From the IMG/VR virus record IMGVR_UViG_3300008114_000011: a DNA stretch of 64,000 nt; one strand, given 5' to 3'. The notes under the pieces are model-generated. The model ran no database searches, was not told the origin of the DNA, and saw only the letters and a list, made by a program, of their open reading frames with translations. Position 1 is the stretch's first letter. Each line of letters starts with the position of its first letter. Positions 1 to 9,262 of this stretch are shown in pieces. Made by a program: the position numbers and the translations under genes. The DNA comes from a virus. Lineage: Duplodnaviria > Heunggongvirae > Uroviricota > Caudoviricetes.

Positions 1-2
1 CA

Positions 3-266
3 TTGAGTTTAATTCATAAACAACAAACATCATACATGAGTTGGATTGATGAATTTATAACTGTTCGTAGAAGTAATTATATAAAATTAATTCATAAGAA
101 ACTACACACAAAAGATCTTACTTATTATAATATAAAGGTTATTGAACACCCATTTGAAATTAATAAGTCCTATTATGATTTAGAATTATGTGGTAATATC
201 CAAATAATAACAAATATCATAAAAGAGAAAATAAGAGACATAAAATTAAATCAATTAGGAATATAA
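3..266 (+). CDS. ELGI-tail family small protein (start uncertain, may extend beyond window edge)
   Basis: ORF open from window edge; C-terminus IRDIKLNQLGI matches recurrent tail motif. Confidence 0.5.
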   Translation: MSLIHKQQTSYMSWIDEFITVRRSNYIKLIHKKLHTKDLTYYNIKVIEHPFEINKSYYDLELCGNIQIITNIIKEKIRDIKLNQLGI

Positions 267-277
267 TATATTGTCAC

Positions 278-991
278 ATGGAACATAATGAAAATATTCT
301 AAATAAAATTAGATCCAATATAAAAGACTTTTGGAGATTGATTTCTATCGAGAAAAGTAAAGTTAAAGATGATAAATATTATGATATTACTTACATAAGT
401 TTAGAGTATTATAATAACAAACCACAATTTACTATTGAGTGTGAAATGCTTGATATAAAAGCTGAAGTTCGTGATAGTCTTATAGACTTCATCTTAAAAA
501 CAGATAGAGAAGAACTACCATCATTTGATGTAGAAAGTATTATCTATACACAAGAACAACAAAAACGATTAGAAGAACTTAGAACTCCAACTAAACAATA
601 TAAGTTTGATTATCGTCAAGTTATTGAAGCAAAGAAAGAATATTCAAAGTCTTTTGAAATAGGAGACCCAGTACACTACAATGGACACTATGGTATTATA
701 ACATTCAAACACCAATATCTTGGTGGTAACCAACTATGGAGTGTTAAAGTAGGAGATACCGAACATAGATATGTAGATGGTGTTTGTTTACGTAAACGAA
801 AAAAAGAAGATCTTACTAATATTTCAATTGATAAAAAACTTGATAAACTCTCTACTGAAAGACTTTTAAAGATGTATAAAAGAAGTTTGTTTATAAATCA
901 AGGAAGAGGAAATCTAAAAATAAAAAGAATACTTAACGAACGCGAACACGTTCAAAAAGGAGAAACTAAAGTAATAAATCACAAACACTAA
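278..991 (+). CDS. hypothetical protein
   Basis: 237-aa ORF with ATG start close to upstream stop; no motif recognised. Confidence 0.6.
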   Translation: MEHNENILNKIRSNIKDFWRLISIEKSKVKDDKYYDITYISLEYYNNKPQFTIECEMLDIKAEVRDSLIDFILKTDREELPSFDVESIIYTQEQQKRLEELRTPTKQYKFDYRQVIEAKKEYSKSFEIGDPVHYNGHYGIITFKHQYLGGNQLWSVKVGDTEHRYVDGVCLRKRKKEDLTNISIDKKLDKLSTERLLKMYKRSLFINQGRGNLKIKRILNEREHVQKGETKVINHKH

Positions 992-1272
992 TGGAAAAAA
1001 TATTCTGTATAAAAACTTTTATATTATCAGGAACAGAAAACATTCTTGTAGAAGAAGGTAAATGGTATGTTGGTGAAGAGTTTATGAATAAAGTATATAG
1101 AATATTTGGTGAAGGTAAATCAACACCATCTGAATTAGTTATACCAGAACCAACAGGATTTAAAGTTGATGGTGTTGATATTTATGATAATTATATCGGT
1201 ATGTTTATGAAAGAACTATTCATAAACCATACCATGTTTAGAGATGAAAAACTTAATAAGATATTAGAATGA
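991..1272 (+). CDS. small protein with degenerate ELGI-type tail
   Basis: 93 aa; TAATG stop/start overlap; C-term FRDEKLNKILE. Confidence 0.6.
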   Translation: MEKIFCIKTFILSGTENILVEEGKWYVGEEFMNKVYRIFGEGKSTPSELVIPEPTGFKVDGVDIYDNYIGMFMKELFINHTMFRDEKLNKILE

Positions 1273-1499
1273 AAGTTATTTGTATAGATGATTATGACTT
1301 AGCTGGACGTAAAGTAAAACTAACACCAGGTAAAATATATAATGTTGATTCAAATAAAAACGGTTATTTATTTGATAAAGATAAAGGAGCATGGGTCGTA
1401 ACAAATGATGCTGGTATACAAAGATGGTATTACAAGGATGTTTTAATGCCACTAGAAAAATGGAGAGAAATTAGAATAAAAGAATTGGGAATATCCTAG
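1269..1499 (+). CDS. ELGI-tail family small protein (MKVICI subfamily)
   Basis: 76 aa; N-term MKVICIDDYD; C-term EKWREIRIKELGIS; ATGA overlap. Confidence 0.7.
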   Translation: MKVICIDDYDLAGRKVKLTPGKIYNVDSNKNGYLFDKDKGAWVVTNDAGIQRWYYKDVLMPLEKWREIRIKELGIS

Positions 1500-1507
1500 A
1501 AAATTAT

Positions 1508-1515
1508 TATATTTG
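1508..1515 (+). promoter_or_regulatory. Bacteroidota-type -7 box TATATTTG
   Basis: Matches TAnnTTTG; 19 nt upstream of ATG at 1534 in an intergenic gap. Confidence 0.45.
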
Positions 1516-1533
1516 TTATAAAATCTAAAGAAT

Positions 1534-1986
1534 ATGGAAAAAACACCAATGCAACAACTTATCGATAAGATAGAACTTTATGACCAAAGAGGTGGTATTA
1601 ATATGCCTACACTTAAAGCAGTATTACAATCCTATCTTAGATTAGAAACTGAGTATTTAGAAAAACTAAAAGAAAATCAAACATCTAATATCAGTGAAGA
1701 TGCTTCTTTACTTATTGATAAGATAGATAAAGCAATTCAAAAGTTCGGCACTTACAGTTATGATGATAAAGGACCACATGAAGTAATGAACATGAATGAT
1801 ATCATAAAATTTCTAAAAAACAAACCTTTAAAAGAAATTGGTAAGATCCTATCCGAAGTATTAGACAACTACTCCAATTACTCAAGAGCATCTTATTTTG
1901 TTAATACTGTTATAGGAGAGTTTGATTATCTTCCTGAAGAAGAGTTTGAGCAATTACTTGATTGTGATAAAAGATTTGAATACTAA
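1534..1986 (+). CDS. hypothetical protein; N-terminal paralog of 11292..11528
   Basis: MEKTPMQQLIDKIELYDQRGGINMPTLKAVLQSYL vs MADKTPMEQLIDKIDLYDKNGGINMFTLKDVLQSYL. Confidence 0.65.
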   Translation: MEKTPMQQLIDKIELYDQRGGINMPTLKAVLQSYLRLETEYLEKLKENQTSNISEDASLLIDKIDKAIQKFGTYSYDDKGPHEVMNMNDIIKFLKNKPLKEIGKILSEVLDNYSNYSRASYFVNTVIGEFDYLPEEEFEQLLDCDKRFEY

Positions 1987-1990
1987 GAAT

Positions 1991-2386
1991 ATGAAAGTAC
2001 TGACAGCAGAATTAGTGGCATCAAACAGAAGAGAAAAAATATCTGGTGGTGTTTATATTGAATTCGAAACCACAGAGAATGTTAAGAAAGGCGATTACTT
2101 TAAAGTAAGAGTTGGTAATGATAATTATGACTTCAAAGCAACTGGTATTAAAGTAATTGGTGAGAAACTAATGATAACAGCTAAAGAGGTTGGTTATTGG
2201 GCATGGAAACTCGAAGATAAACCAGAGATACAAAATATAATTCTATGGGATGATTCTATGGATGTGTATGGTGTTTGGGATAAAATGCCAAATTGGAAAG
2301 AACTATTAGTGGCTTATAGAAAAACCATTTGGTTTAGTAAGAGCTTAGAAGATAAGAGAGATCAATTATTAAGGACGATATTATGA
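1991..2386 (+). CDS. hypothetical protein
   Basis: ATG at 1991 right after upstream stop preferred over the TTG at 1922 in the ORF track. Confidence 0.55.
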   Translation: MKVLTAELVASNRREKISGGVYIEFETTENVKKGDYFKVRVGNDNYDFKATGIKVIGEKLMITAKEVGYWAWKLEDKPEIQNIILWDDSMDVYGVWDKMPNWKELLVAYRKTIWFSKSLEDKRDQLLRTIL

Positions 2387-2727
2387 GTTTAGAAGATTGT
2401 TTTAACACACCATTTTTTGATTGGGTAATTGATAGTAATTATCCAAAATCAATTAAGTATTGGGATAAAATAACACATTCATTTAATAAAATGCCTCAAA
2501 GCACTCAGAAAGAATTAGAAGATGATATAGTTAAAGGAGCATTAGAAGAAATATATGATGTTCTTAAAAGAGAACCTCTTGCTGATTACTTCTGGTATAC
2601 CCATGATGGTAAACTAACTTGGACTACACCAGATTCTAAACTCGCACCTGGAGATTCATTAAGAATTAATAAAGAAAAGATTAAAGCCTTTTTTAGAGAA
2701 GAAAAATTAAATCAATTATTATCATGA
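2383..2727 (+). CDS. small protein with ELGI-type tail variant
   Basis: 114 aa; ATGA overlap; C-term FFREEKLNQLLS. Confidence 0.6.
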   Translation: MSLEDCFNTPFFDWVIDSNYPKSIKYWDKITHSFNKMPQSTQKELEDDIVKGALEEIYDVLKREPLADYFWYTHDGKLTWTTPDSKLAPGDSLRINKEKIKAFFREEKLNQLLS

Positions 2728-3110
2728 ATGTCTTAAAAACCAAGAATCTAAAGTTAGAAATGATAGAAAGAATTCTAAGCTATTTAGATAGAAACAATAA
2801 ATTAAAAATAAGTGGAGATGATTTAATGGGTTATAAACCTAATCTTTACTTATTCAGTAATCCGGTTATGCCATTCATTATAACTAATATCTACTTTAAA
2901 GGAGATGTTTTAAATATAGATATTAAATCTAATGATGATTTCTATAATTATCATAATAAACCCATCTTAGAAACCATAGAAATATCACATAAAGAAGAAT
3001 GTTATAGATTGAAGTCTGACTTAAAATACTTATTAAGTATTAAAGCTCTTAGGAGTTTAGAAGGAATATTATATACAAATCATATTAGATATGAAAGTAC
3101 TTTGTATTAA
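2724..3110 (+). CDS. hypothetical protein
   Basis: 128 aa; ATGA overlap with upstream gene. Confidence 0.55.
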   Translation: MNVLKTKNLKLEMIERILSYLDRNNKLKISGDDLMGYKPNLYLFSNPVMPFIITNIYFKGDVLNIDIKSNDDFYNYHNKPILETIEISHKEECYRLKSDLKYLLSIKALRSLEGILYTNHIRYESTLY

Positions 3111-3306
3111 TAATGATGATGTTAGTTCTATAACAGTTGGTAAGTGGTATAGAATTGCCGACCCCAAAGTATTTACTGAACAATTTAAGAATGGTAAATA
3201 TATAATATGTGATGATAAACATCGTTGGATTACTATAAGTCAAGATTTTTTTAAAACCATACAACAAATTAGAGAAGAAAAACTAAATGAATTAGGAATA
3301 TGTTAA
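3091..3306 (+). CDS. ELGI-tail family small protein (MKVICI subfamily)
   Basis: 71 aa; MKVLCINNDD...IREEKLNELGIC. Confidence 0.7.
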   Translation: MKVLCINNDDVSSITVGKWYRIADPKVFTEQFKNGKYIICDDKHRWITISQDFFKTIQQIREEKLNELGIC

Positions 3307-3749
3307 TAGTTATTATATGTTTGTCTATAGCACTGGTAATCTCTGCTATAACCATATCAAACCTCCTTGATAAAAACACTACACTCAGAACAGAATTAGA
3401 TTCTGCTAAAAAGGTAGTTGTAAAAGAAAAAGAGATATTTGATATAATGCCTGGTGATACTGGGATAATAAAGGACTATGGGATTGTAAACACCAACCCG
3501 AAAAGAGATCCTGTTAAAATAGAATATAAAGTAACTTATGAGGTAACCATCTTAGAAGTATCAAAAGATAGTGTTAAGGTTACTGCTACTGATTTCTCTT
3601 CATTTGATCTTTATCCAAGAGATCCTAATAACAGACCTAGTATAATTAACTTTATGAAAGAGAAGTGGATAGATAAGAGAATAGTAGAGATAGTTGTTGA
3701 TCAGAAAAAGATCAGAGATAGAAAATTATCAGAATTAGGAATAGAATAA
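3300..3749 (+). CDS. membrane-anchored ELGI-tail protein
   Basis: Hydrophobic N-term LIVIICLSIALVISAITI; C-term IRDRKLSELGIE. Confidence 0.65.
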   Translation: MLIVIICLSIALVISAITISNLLDKNTTLRTELDSAKKVVVKEKEIFDIMPGDTGIIKDYGIVNTNPKRDPVKIEYKVTYEVTILEVSKDSVKVTATDFSSFDLYPRDPNNRPSIINFMKEKWIDKRIVEIVVDQKKIRDRKLSELGIE

Positions 3750-3759
3750 ATATAAAATA

Positions 3760-3978
3760 ATGGGAAGTGGACTAGATAAAATGTATGATGATTACGACGA
3801 CTATCAATACATTTGTAAAAATTTAGGTGAGAAATCAACTCGTGGTTACACCGAGTTCCGTTCACATGAAACTCAGGTTTTAAGAAAACACGGGTTTAAA
3901 AGTAAATATGATTATTTTGATTATTTACACAAACAAGAAGAACGAGATAAAAAGATAGAGAATATACTTAAAAGATGA
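3760..3978 (+). CDS. small protein, degenerate tail
   Basis: 72 aa; C-term EERDKKIENILKR. Confidence 0.5.
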   Translation: MGSGLDKMYDDYDDYQYICKNLGEKSTRGYTEFRSHETQVLRKHGFKSKYDYFDYLHKQEERDKKIENILKR

Positions 3979-4142
3979 AAATATTTAATAACCTATTATA
4001 CTTAATCGTCATATCTTTTTGGTTTTTTTGTATAATTTTTGTATCATTTATATATTTAATGACACCTAAAAAGTATAAAGATTCTCTTAGAAGAAAATTA
4101 AAGATTTTTATAAATGATTAAAAGAATTTTAATATATAACTA

Positions 4143-4403
4143 ATGAAGTATATTAAAAATTTTAAGATGCTAAAAGAGCAATCTCATAAAGAGTTGCTTT
4201 CATTAAGTGAATTAAGAAAAAAATATCCAGAAGCAGTATTGACAATGGATACTAAACCTGGAGGTTATTTCGTTAGAGTGGATATAAAGACACAAGGTGG
4301 TGAACTGAAGTATATTGGTTCTCTTAGAGGAACTGTCTCAAAAGAGAAAGCTTTAGAGTTTCTTAATTCAACAATTGATGATAATTACGATAAGTATTAC
4401 TAA
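4143..4403 (+). CDS. MKYLK-head family small protein
   Basis: 86 aa; N-term MKYIKNFKMLKE. Confidence 0.55.
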   Translation: MKYIKNFKMLKEQSHKELLSLSELRKKYPEAVLTMDTKPGGYFVRVDIKTQGGELKYIGSLRGTVSKEKALEFLNSTIDDNYDKYY

Positions 4404-4419
4404 AAAATAAATAATGATT

Positions 4420-4692
4420 ATGAAATATTTACACAGATATAACGAAAGTAATGAAAATTTAGAAGGAGTTGCTCTTAAATTATATCCACCAGATCTATAT
4501 GAAGGAGATTATGGTAGCACCGAAGATTATAATAAAGATGTTAGAAATGCTTTCAAAGCTGGTGCTAAATGGCAATCAGAAAAAATGTACACCGAAGAAG
4601 ATATGAAACAATTTGGTTTATACTTAGGTGACAACCTTAAAAATTTAAAAGGTAAAACTATTGACGAGATTTTTGAAGAATTTATAAAGTAA
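4420..4692 (+). CDS. MKYLK-head family small protein
   Basis: N-term MKYLHRYNESNENLEG from ATG 4420 (alternative ATG 4414). Confidence 0.55.
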   Translation: MKYLHRYNESNENLEGVALKLYPPDLYEGDYGSTEDYNKDVRNAFKAGAKWQSEKMYTEEDMKQFGLYLGDNLKNLKGKTIDEIFEEFIK

Positions 4693-4697
4693 ATCAT

Positions 4698-4922
4698 ATG
4701 AAAGCTATTTGTATAAACGAATACGTCGGTGATACTTATATGGAACTAACTTTAGGTAAGATCTATAATGTCGTTAAAAAAGCTAAAGAAATAAAATTCC
4801 CGGATGATAAAATGAGATTCTTTATTATTAACGATGCTGGATATGGATCATACTATACGAGAAGAGTTATAATTCCATTAGATGAATGGAGAGAGAAACA
4901 ATTAAATGAATTAGGAATATGA
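4698..4922 (+). CDS. ELGI-tail family small protein (MKVICI subfamily)
   Basis: MKAICINEYV...DEWREKQLNELGI. Confidence 0.7.
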   Translation: MKAICINEYVGDTYMELTLGKIYNVVKKAKEIKFPDDKMRFFIINDAGYGSYYTRRVIIPLDEWREKQLNELGI

Positions 4923-5140
4923 AAGCAATCTGCATAAGAAAATCCCACCCTGGATACTGCAAATGGGACCTCACCCCAGGAAAGGCCTACGACGTGCTGG
5001 AACAGGGGAAAGACAACAACACCGAAGAGCCGATCTACCTAATACAGGACGACGAGGGAAACACATACTGGTACAGCAAGATCACGGTGATGCCGATAGA
5101 TGAATGGAGAGAGAAAAGGCTAAAAGAGATAGGAATATGA
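4919..5140 (+). CDS. ELGI-tail family small protein, GC-rich allele
   Basis: MKAICIRKSH...DEWREKRLKEIGI; hand count of first 120 nt gives about 51% G+C vs about 30% in neighbours. Confidence 0.7.
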   Translation: MKAICIRKSHPGYCKWDLTPGKAYDVLEQGKDNNTEEPIYLIQDDEGNTYWYSKITVMPIDEWREKRLKEIGI

Positions 5141-5189
5141 AAAAGATATTCATCTATAAAGTGAGACATATTGATTCAAAAAAGGAAGA

Positions 5190-5432
5190 ATGAAAGTTAT
5201 TTGTATAAACAACCATATGGATCAGATTCCACTTACTATGGGAAAAGTCTATGATATCAAACAAAGATTTTATAGATATGATTTTTCAAATATGAAATCT
5301 TTGTTTGATATAGAAGGAAAAGAACATTTTTCTATAAAGAACAACAAAGGTAAGGAATCTTGGTATACTAGAGAAGAAGTAGTTCCACTAGAAGAGTGGA
5401 GAGAAATTAAACTTAATGATTTATTAAAGTAG
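5190..5432 (+). CDS. ELGI-tail family small protein (MKVICI subfamily)
   Basis: MKVICINNHMD...EEWREIKLNDLLK. Confidence 0.7.
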   Translation: MKVICINNHMDQIPLTMGKVYDIKQRFYRYDFSNMKSLFDIEGKEHFSIKNNKGKESWYTREEVVPLEEWREIKLNDLLK

Positions 5433-5434
5433 TT

Positions 5435-5626
5435 ATGGAAATAAAATTTATTGAAAGTCACTCCTTCTTAGGGGAAGAAATGACTATGATAGTTAATGGT
5501 AATCATCACCGTTTAGAAATGAATAGGATGACATATGCTCAACATGCTGTAAAGATATTGAAAGATATTTATGATATTGATTTCAAACTAGAAGATGTTA
5601 AGTTTGAATGGGATGGGTATTTATAA
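5435..5626 (+). CDS. hypothetical small protein
   Basis: 63 aa ORF starting 3 nt after upstream stop. Confidence 0.45.
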   Translation: MEIKFIESHSFLGEEMTMIVNGNHHRLEMNRMTYAQHAVKILKDIYDIDFKLEDVKFEWDGYL

Positions 5627-5642
5627 AAAATTTGTTAATCAC

Positions 5643-5663
5643 TAAAAAGAATTAGGAATATGA
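5643..5663 (+). repeat. non-coding copy of the ELGI junction
   Basis: TAA AAA GAA TTA GGA ATA TGA: tail codons K-E-L-G-I directly after a stop; its ATATGA supplies the ATG of 5660..5887. Confidence 0.6.
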
Positions 5664-5887
5664 GAACATATGAAGAGTTAGTACCAGAGTTTGCTAGTAA
5701 AGGTAGAGAAGAGAAACAGAAATGGATTGATGAACTACCCATAGAAGAAATTAAAGTTCTTATAAATGGATTGAAGGGTGTTGCTTACACTGGTATATGG
5801 GATTCTTGGATTGAGTATATGGAAATGATTATACTTATAAAGATTGAATTGGAAAGAGAAAGGAAACTAAATGAACTTGGTATATGA
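5660..5887 (+). CDS. ELGI-tail family small protein
   Basis: 75 aa; C-term ELERERKLNELGI. Confidence 0.65.
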   Translation: MRTYEELVPEFASKGREEKQKWIDELPIEEIKVLINGLKGVAYTGIWDSWIEYMEMIILIKIELERERKLNELGI

Positions 5888-6231
5888 TGTTAGAAGACTT
5901 TTTAAAATTTGTAAAAGATATTGGATTCACTCTCACTATTATAAGAGATGAGTTTATCTACCTTTCTTATGGAAGATACACGATAACCATATACAATCCG
6001 GAAGAACATAGTGGATTCGAAAAAAGATATAGTCTGGGGTTTAAAAAAAATGAACACAACGTTACATATATCACAAGTGGTTCCGAAACAACTTTGAGTA
6101 GGACTACCATTTGGCTTGGCGAAAAAGTCACGTCTAACAAGATAAACTTCAAATTAGATGACTTTGAAGTACTTGAAAATGAATTCAAAGATATTATTAG
6201 AGAAAGGAAACTAAATGAACTTGGTATATGA
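5884..6231 (+). CDS. ELGI-tail family small protein
   Basis: 115 aa; ATGA overlap; C-term IIRERKLNELGI. Confidence 0.65.
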   Translation: MMLEDFLKFVKDIGFTLTIIRDEFIYLSYGRYTITIYNPEEHSGFEKRYSLGFKKNEHNVTYITSGSETTLSRTTIWLGEKVTSNKINFKLDDFEVLENEFKDIIRERKLNELGI

Positions 6232-6470
6232 ATGAGTTTAGAATAGGAGATATCGTAGTATGTATAGAAGGTGGAACAAATATACCATTCTCAGAAGGGA
6301 GATATCTAACGGAAGGTAAACAATATGAGATACAATCACTTAAATATTTAAATGGTAGAACCTATATATTCATAATTAACGATAGAAGGGCCAGGGAGAT
6401 ATATGATGTGAAAAGGTTCCGAAATTTTCAGAGAGAAAGAGATAATAAACTAAATGAACTTGGTATATGA
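6228..6470 (+). CDS. ELGI-tail family small protein
   Basis: 80 aa; ATGA overlap; C-term QRERDNKLNELGI. Confidence 0.65.
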   Translation: MNEFRIGDIVVCIEGGTNIPFSEGRYLTEGKQYEIQSLKYLNGRTYIFIINDRRAREIYDVKRFRNFQRERDNKLNELGI

Positions 6471-6700
6471 AAGTAGGAGACTTAATAAAACCCATCAACG
6501 GATTTAAATTTGGTAAAGGTAAAATGGAAATAATACAGATAATACCAGATACTAATATATCATCCGGACGAATACTCGTGAAGTACCATAATAGATCTAC
6601 ATTAAATAGAGAACCTTTAATGTCCTGGGAAGCCGCAGATGAATTTGTAGTAGATGTGGAGAGAATGAGAGATGAGAAATTAAACGAATTAGGAATATGA
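6467..6700 (+). CDS. ELGI-tail family small protein
   Basis: 77 aa; MKVGDLIKP...ERMRDEKLNELGI. Confidence 0.65.
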   Translation: MKVGDLIKPINGFKFGKGKMEIIQIIPDTNISSGRILVKYHNRSTLNREPLMSWEAADEFVVDVERMRDEKLNELGI

Positions 6701-6948
6701 ACGTAGGAGATTGGGTTAAGATAAGAAACATGGTAATGAAACCACACATTAAAATGAGAATAATAGAAATGAGGAAATACGTCGATCCGAACACATCCAC
6801 CAACTTCGTTATCGATCAGGTTCGCGTGAGGTACTATGATAAATGGTGGGTCAACGGAAAGGATATGTCTGGCTGGGAAAATGCATACGAATACGAATTG
6901 GATGTGGAGACAATGAGAGAAGAGAAACTTAAAGAACTGGGTATATGA
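6697..6948 (+). CDS. ELGI-tail family small protein
   Basis: 83 aa; MNVGDWVKIRN...ETMREEKLKELGI. Confidence 0.65.
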   Translation: MNVGDWVKIRNMVMKPHIKMRIIEMRKYVDPNTSTNFVIDQVRVRYYDKWWVNGKDMSGWENAYEYELDVETMREEKLKELGI

Positions 6949-7235
6949 AAGATTTAAGAATAAACCAATCAACATTCCCACTTAAAAATGGTGGCACTGG
7001 TGTAATAGCAATATTCATGTATGCCGGTGATGAAGATCCAAAACCTATATTAGAAGATGCTATAAGAAAATATACCGAAGGAACTGATAACTACGATACC
7101 TTTATTGATGCTCAAATGAATTGTCCATGGGTAAGAGTAATCATAAGTGGTATAAGTGAAATGGAACAAATGAATTTTAATGACTTTATAGTTCAATGGA
7201 GAAGAGATCAAAAACTAAATGAACTTGGAATATGA
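6945..7235 (+). CDS. ELGI-tail family small protein
   Basis: 96 aa; C-term QWRRDQKLNELGI. Confidence 0.65.
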   Translation: MKDLRINQSTFPLKNGGTGVIAIFMYAGDEDPKPILEDAIRKYTEGTDNYDTFIDAQMNCPWVRVIISGISEMEQMNFNDFIVQWRRDQKLNELGI

Positions 7236-7591
7236 TAAAAGTTAGGGCTATATTAAAAAGAACCGGTGAAGAATTTAACATAGATATAATAAGAACTTCT
7301 AAGGCAATGCCTGGTTCCATTACAATAAACGTTAGAGATTTAGAAAATAAACTAAATATTGTAAGTGTAAGATATGAAGAAGAAGAAAGACCAAAAGTTT
7401 GGAATGCCGACGGAACCCCTAAATATATTAGAATAGAAACTTTCCATGAGTTTAATAAATATTGGGATGTTATTTGGGTTGATGTTGATAGTTATGATAG
7501 ATTAGGATCTAATAAAGAAAGATATGAGATGATATATGGGAGCTTTAAAAGAATCATAAGAGATCAAAAGTTAAATGAGCTTGGTGTATGA
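7232..7591 (+). CDS. ELGI-tail family small protein
   Basis: 119 aa; C-term IIRDQKLNELGV. Confidence 0.65.
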   Translation: MIKVRAILKRTGEEFNIDIIRTSKAMPGSITINVRDLENKLNIVSVRYEEEERPKVWNADGTPKYIRIETFHEFNKYWDVIWVDVDSYDRLGSNKERYEMIYGSFKRIIRDQKLNELGV

Positions 7592-7782
7592 ACGATTTAC
7601 CGAATGATTTCGAAGAACTTATGAAAATTCTCTCAAAAAAGAGAAGTTCCGAACGTGATAAGAATAGGATAAAAGAAATCGATGATTTGACGAAATCATT
7701 TAGAGAGATGAGGTCAAAGAACAATTCTTTAAAAAGAAAGGGGTTTATTGAGAAGATTTTCCTATATTTGTATAAACATTAA
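7588..7782 (+). CDS. hypothetical small basic protein
   Basis: 64 aa; ATGA overlap with upstream gene. Confidence 0.5.
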   Translation: MNDLPNDFEELMKILSKKRSSERDKNRIKEIDDLTKSFREMRSKNNSLKRKGFIEKIFLYLYKH

Positions 7783-7787
7783 AGGAT

Positions 7788-8084
7788 ATGAGTAATTCTA
7801 AGAAGAAATCTTTAGAAAAGATAAGATTAAAAAATAGATACTTATCTGATCTTCATAAAAAACAGAATGAAGATTTTATGAAAAGTATAGGTAAAAATAT
7901 AGGTGAGTTTGTAACTTGTAAAAAAAGTCTTAAAGCACCTGGATTACTTGGTGGTTTCACAAAAGGTATATCATATAAAATACTTGGCTTTTGTGGTGAA
8001 CATGTTTGTTTATTAGATGATGAGAATAAAGAATATGATTCCATGGATTTATCCTTAAATTATTATAAAGAGTATTTTTATTAA
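7788..8084 (+). CDS. hypothetical protein
   Basis: 98 aa ORF in the co-directional chain. Confidence 0.5.
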   Translation: MSNSKKKSLEKIRLKNRYLSDLHKKQNEDFMKSIGKNIGEFVTCKKSLKAPGLLGGFTKGISYKILGFCGEHVCLLDDENKEYDSMDLSLNYYKEYFY

Positions 8085-8096
8085 ACAAAGACTAAT

Positions 8097-8318
8097 ATGA
8101 TAACAGAATACTCAACAACCGAACCAATAGTTACTAAAAGAGATATTATTAGATTAACCGTAAATATCATTCCGGTTGACTTTTATGTAGATGAAATAAT
8201 AGATGGAATTCCACAAATAAGTATTCTATTACCTTATCTCAATAATGTTGAATATACAGAGTATAGATTAGGAGCTACTCAACCTTTAAGAACAGGACAA
8301 GAATATGAAAAACTATAA
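8097..8318 (+). CDS. hypothetical protein
   Basis: 73 aa ORF in the co-directional chain. Confidence 0.45.
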   Translation: MITEYSTTEPIVTKRDIIRLTVNIIPVDFYVDEIIDGIPQISILLPYLNNVEYTEYRLGATQPLRTGQEYEKL

Positions 8319-8344
8319 CACATAATTTACTTTTAATATGGTTT

Positions 8345-8569
8345 ATGAAAGAAGGTGATATTGTTTTTTGTATTGATTCATCTGATCATGGTAAGAAACA
8401 GAAATTAACTTATGGTAAAGGATATACAATTAAAAGAATTGATAATTATAAATTAAATTCAAGTATATCCATTAAAAATGATAGTGGTGTAATTGGTATT
8501 TATAATTTTAATAGATTTATAACTCTCAAAGAATGGAGAGATAAGAAACTAAAAGAACTTGGGTTATGA
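8345..8569 (+). CDS. ELGI-tail family small protein
   Basis: 74 aa; C-term KEWRDKKLKELGL. Confidence 0.65.
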   Translation: MKEGDIVFCIDSSDHGKKQKLTYGKGYTIKRIDNYKLNSSISIKNDSGVIGIYNFNRFITLKEWRDKKLKELGL

Positions 8570-8835
8570 AAATGGTTTGTATAACAAATAAAATAAAAGG
8601 AAAAAACTTATCCAACCAATTAGTTGTTGGTAAAGAGTATGATTTCAAAGTGCAAGACTATGGTAGACTAACAAGTAATAGATATTGCTCTGTTTATTAC
8701 TATTGTACAAATGTTAGAGATAAATCAAATGCTTGGATAAGATTTACCGGTTCTGGTGGAGTTGATTGTATTTGGAGATGGTTTTCAACTAAACAGAATA
8801 TTAGAGATCAAAAACTAAAAGAGATTGGGATATGA
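8566..8835 (+). CDS. ELGI-tail family small protein (MKVICI subfamily)
   Basis: MKMVCITNK...NIRDQKLKEIGI. Confidence 0.65.
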   Translation: MKMVCITNKIKGKNLSNQLVVGKEYDFKVQDYGRLTSNRYCSVYYYCTNVRDKSNAWIRFTGSGGVDCIWRWFSTKQNIRDQKLKEIGI

Positions 8836-9032
8836 ATGTAGATGAAGATTTACTAAGATATTTTATTATACATTCACAAGGAATTAAACACGACGGTCCT
8901 TTATTTGATATCAGATTACTTGGTAATTCAATTATGTTTAGACTGAATCCTAATAGTGGTGCTTATGGTGTTGATTATAACTACTATAAGAGTTTATTAA
9001 GAGATAAGAAACTAAAAAATCTTGGGATATGA
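8832..9032 (+). CDS. ELGI-tail family small protein
   Basis: 66 aa; C-term LLRDKKLKNLGI; contains the 70-nt segment repeated at 15464. Confidence 0.65.
   Translation: MNVDEDLLRYFIIHSQGIKHDGPLFDIRLLGNSIMFRLNPNSGAYGVDYNYYKSLLRDKKLKNLGI
8888..8957 (+). repeat. 70-nt near-identical repeat (copy 1; partner 15464..15533)
   Basis: acacgacggtcctttatttgata...cctaatagt vs acacgagggtcctttatttgata...cctaatagt; about 3 mismatches by eye. Confidence 0.8.
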
Positions 9033-9247
9033 AAGAGATAAAGATTGGTACCAGATACCTTTGGATTGAAGATGGATATATCATAAGAGGAATTATAAAG
9101 GATATAAAAGAGAAAAACATAATCATACACTGGTATGGTAAGACAAACTATTCATACAAAATAGATTATTTTATGAATGAAACCAGAATACAGATGGATA
9201 AAGAGTATTATAGAGATCAGAAACTAAAAGATCTTCTGGGTATATAA
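9029..9247 (+). CDS. ELGI-tail family small protein
   Basis: 72 aa; C-term YYRDQKLKDLLGI. Confidence 0.6.
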   Translation: MKEIKIGTRYLWIEDGYIIRGIIKDIKEKNIIIHWYGKTNYSYKIDYFMNETRIQMDKEYYRDQKLKDLLGI

Positions 9248-9262
9248 AAATAAAAACGAATT

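Noticed and set aside
6376-6981. 201-aa ORF on the - strand
   Set aside because: It runs antisense across four tightly coupled + strand ELGI-family genes. It has no start context of its own, and its product is low-complexity and hydrophobic. It is most likely an artefact of the opposite-strand coding pattern.
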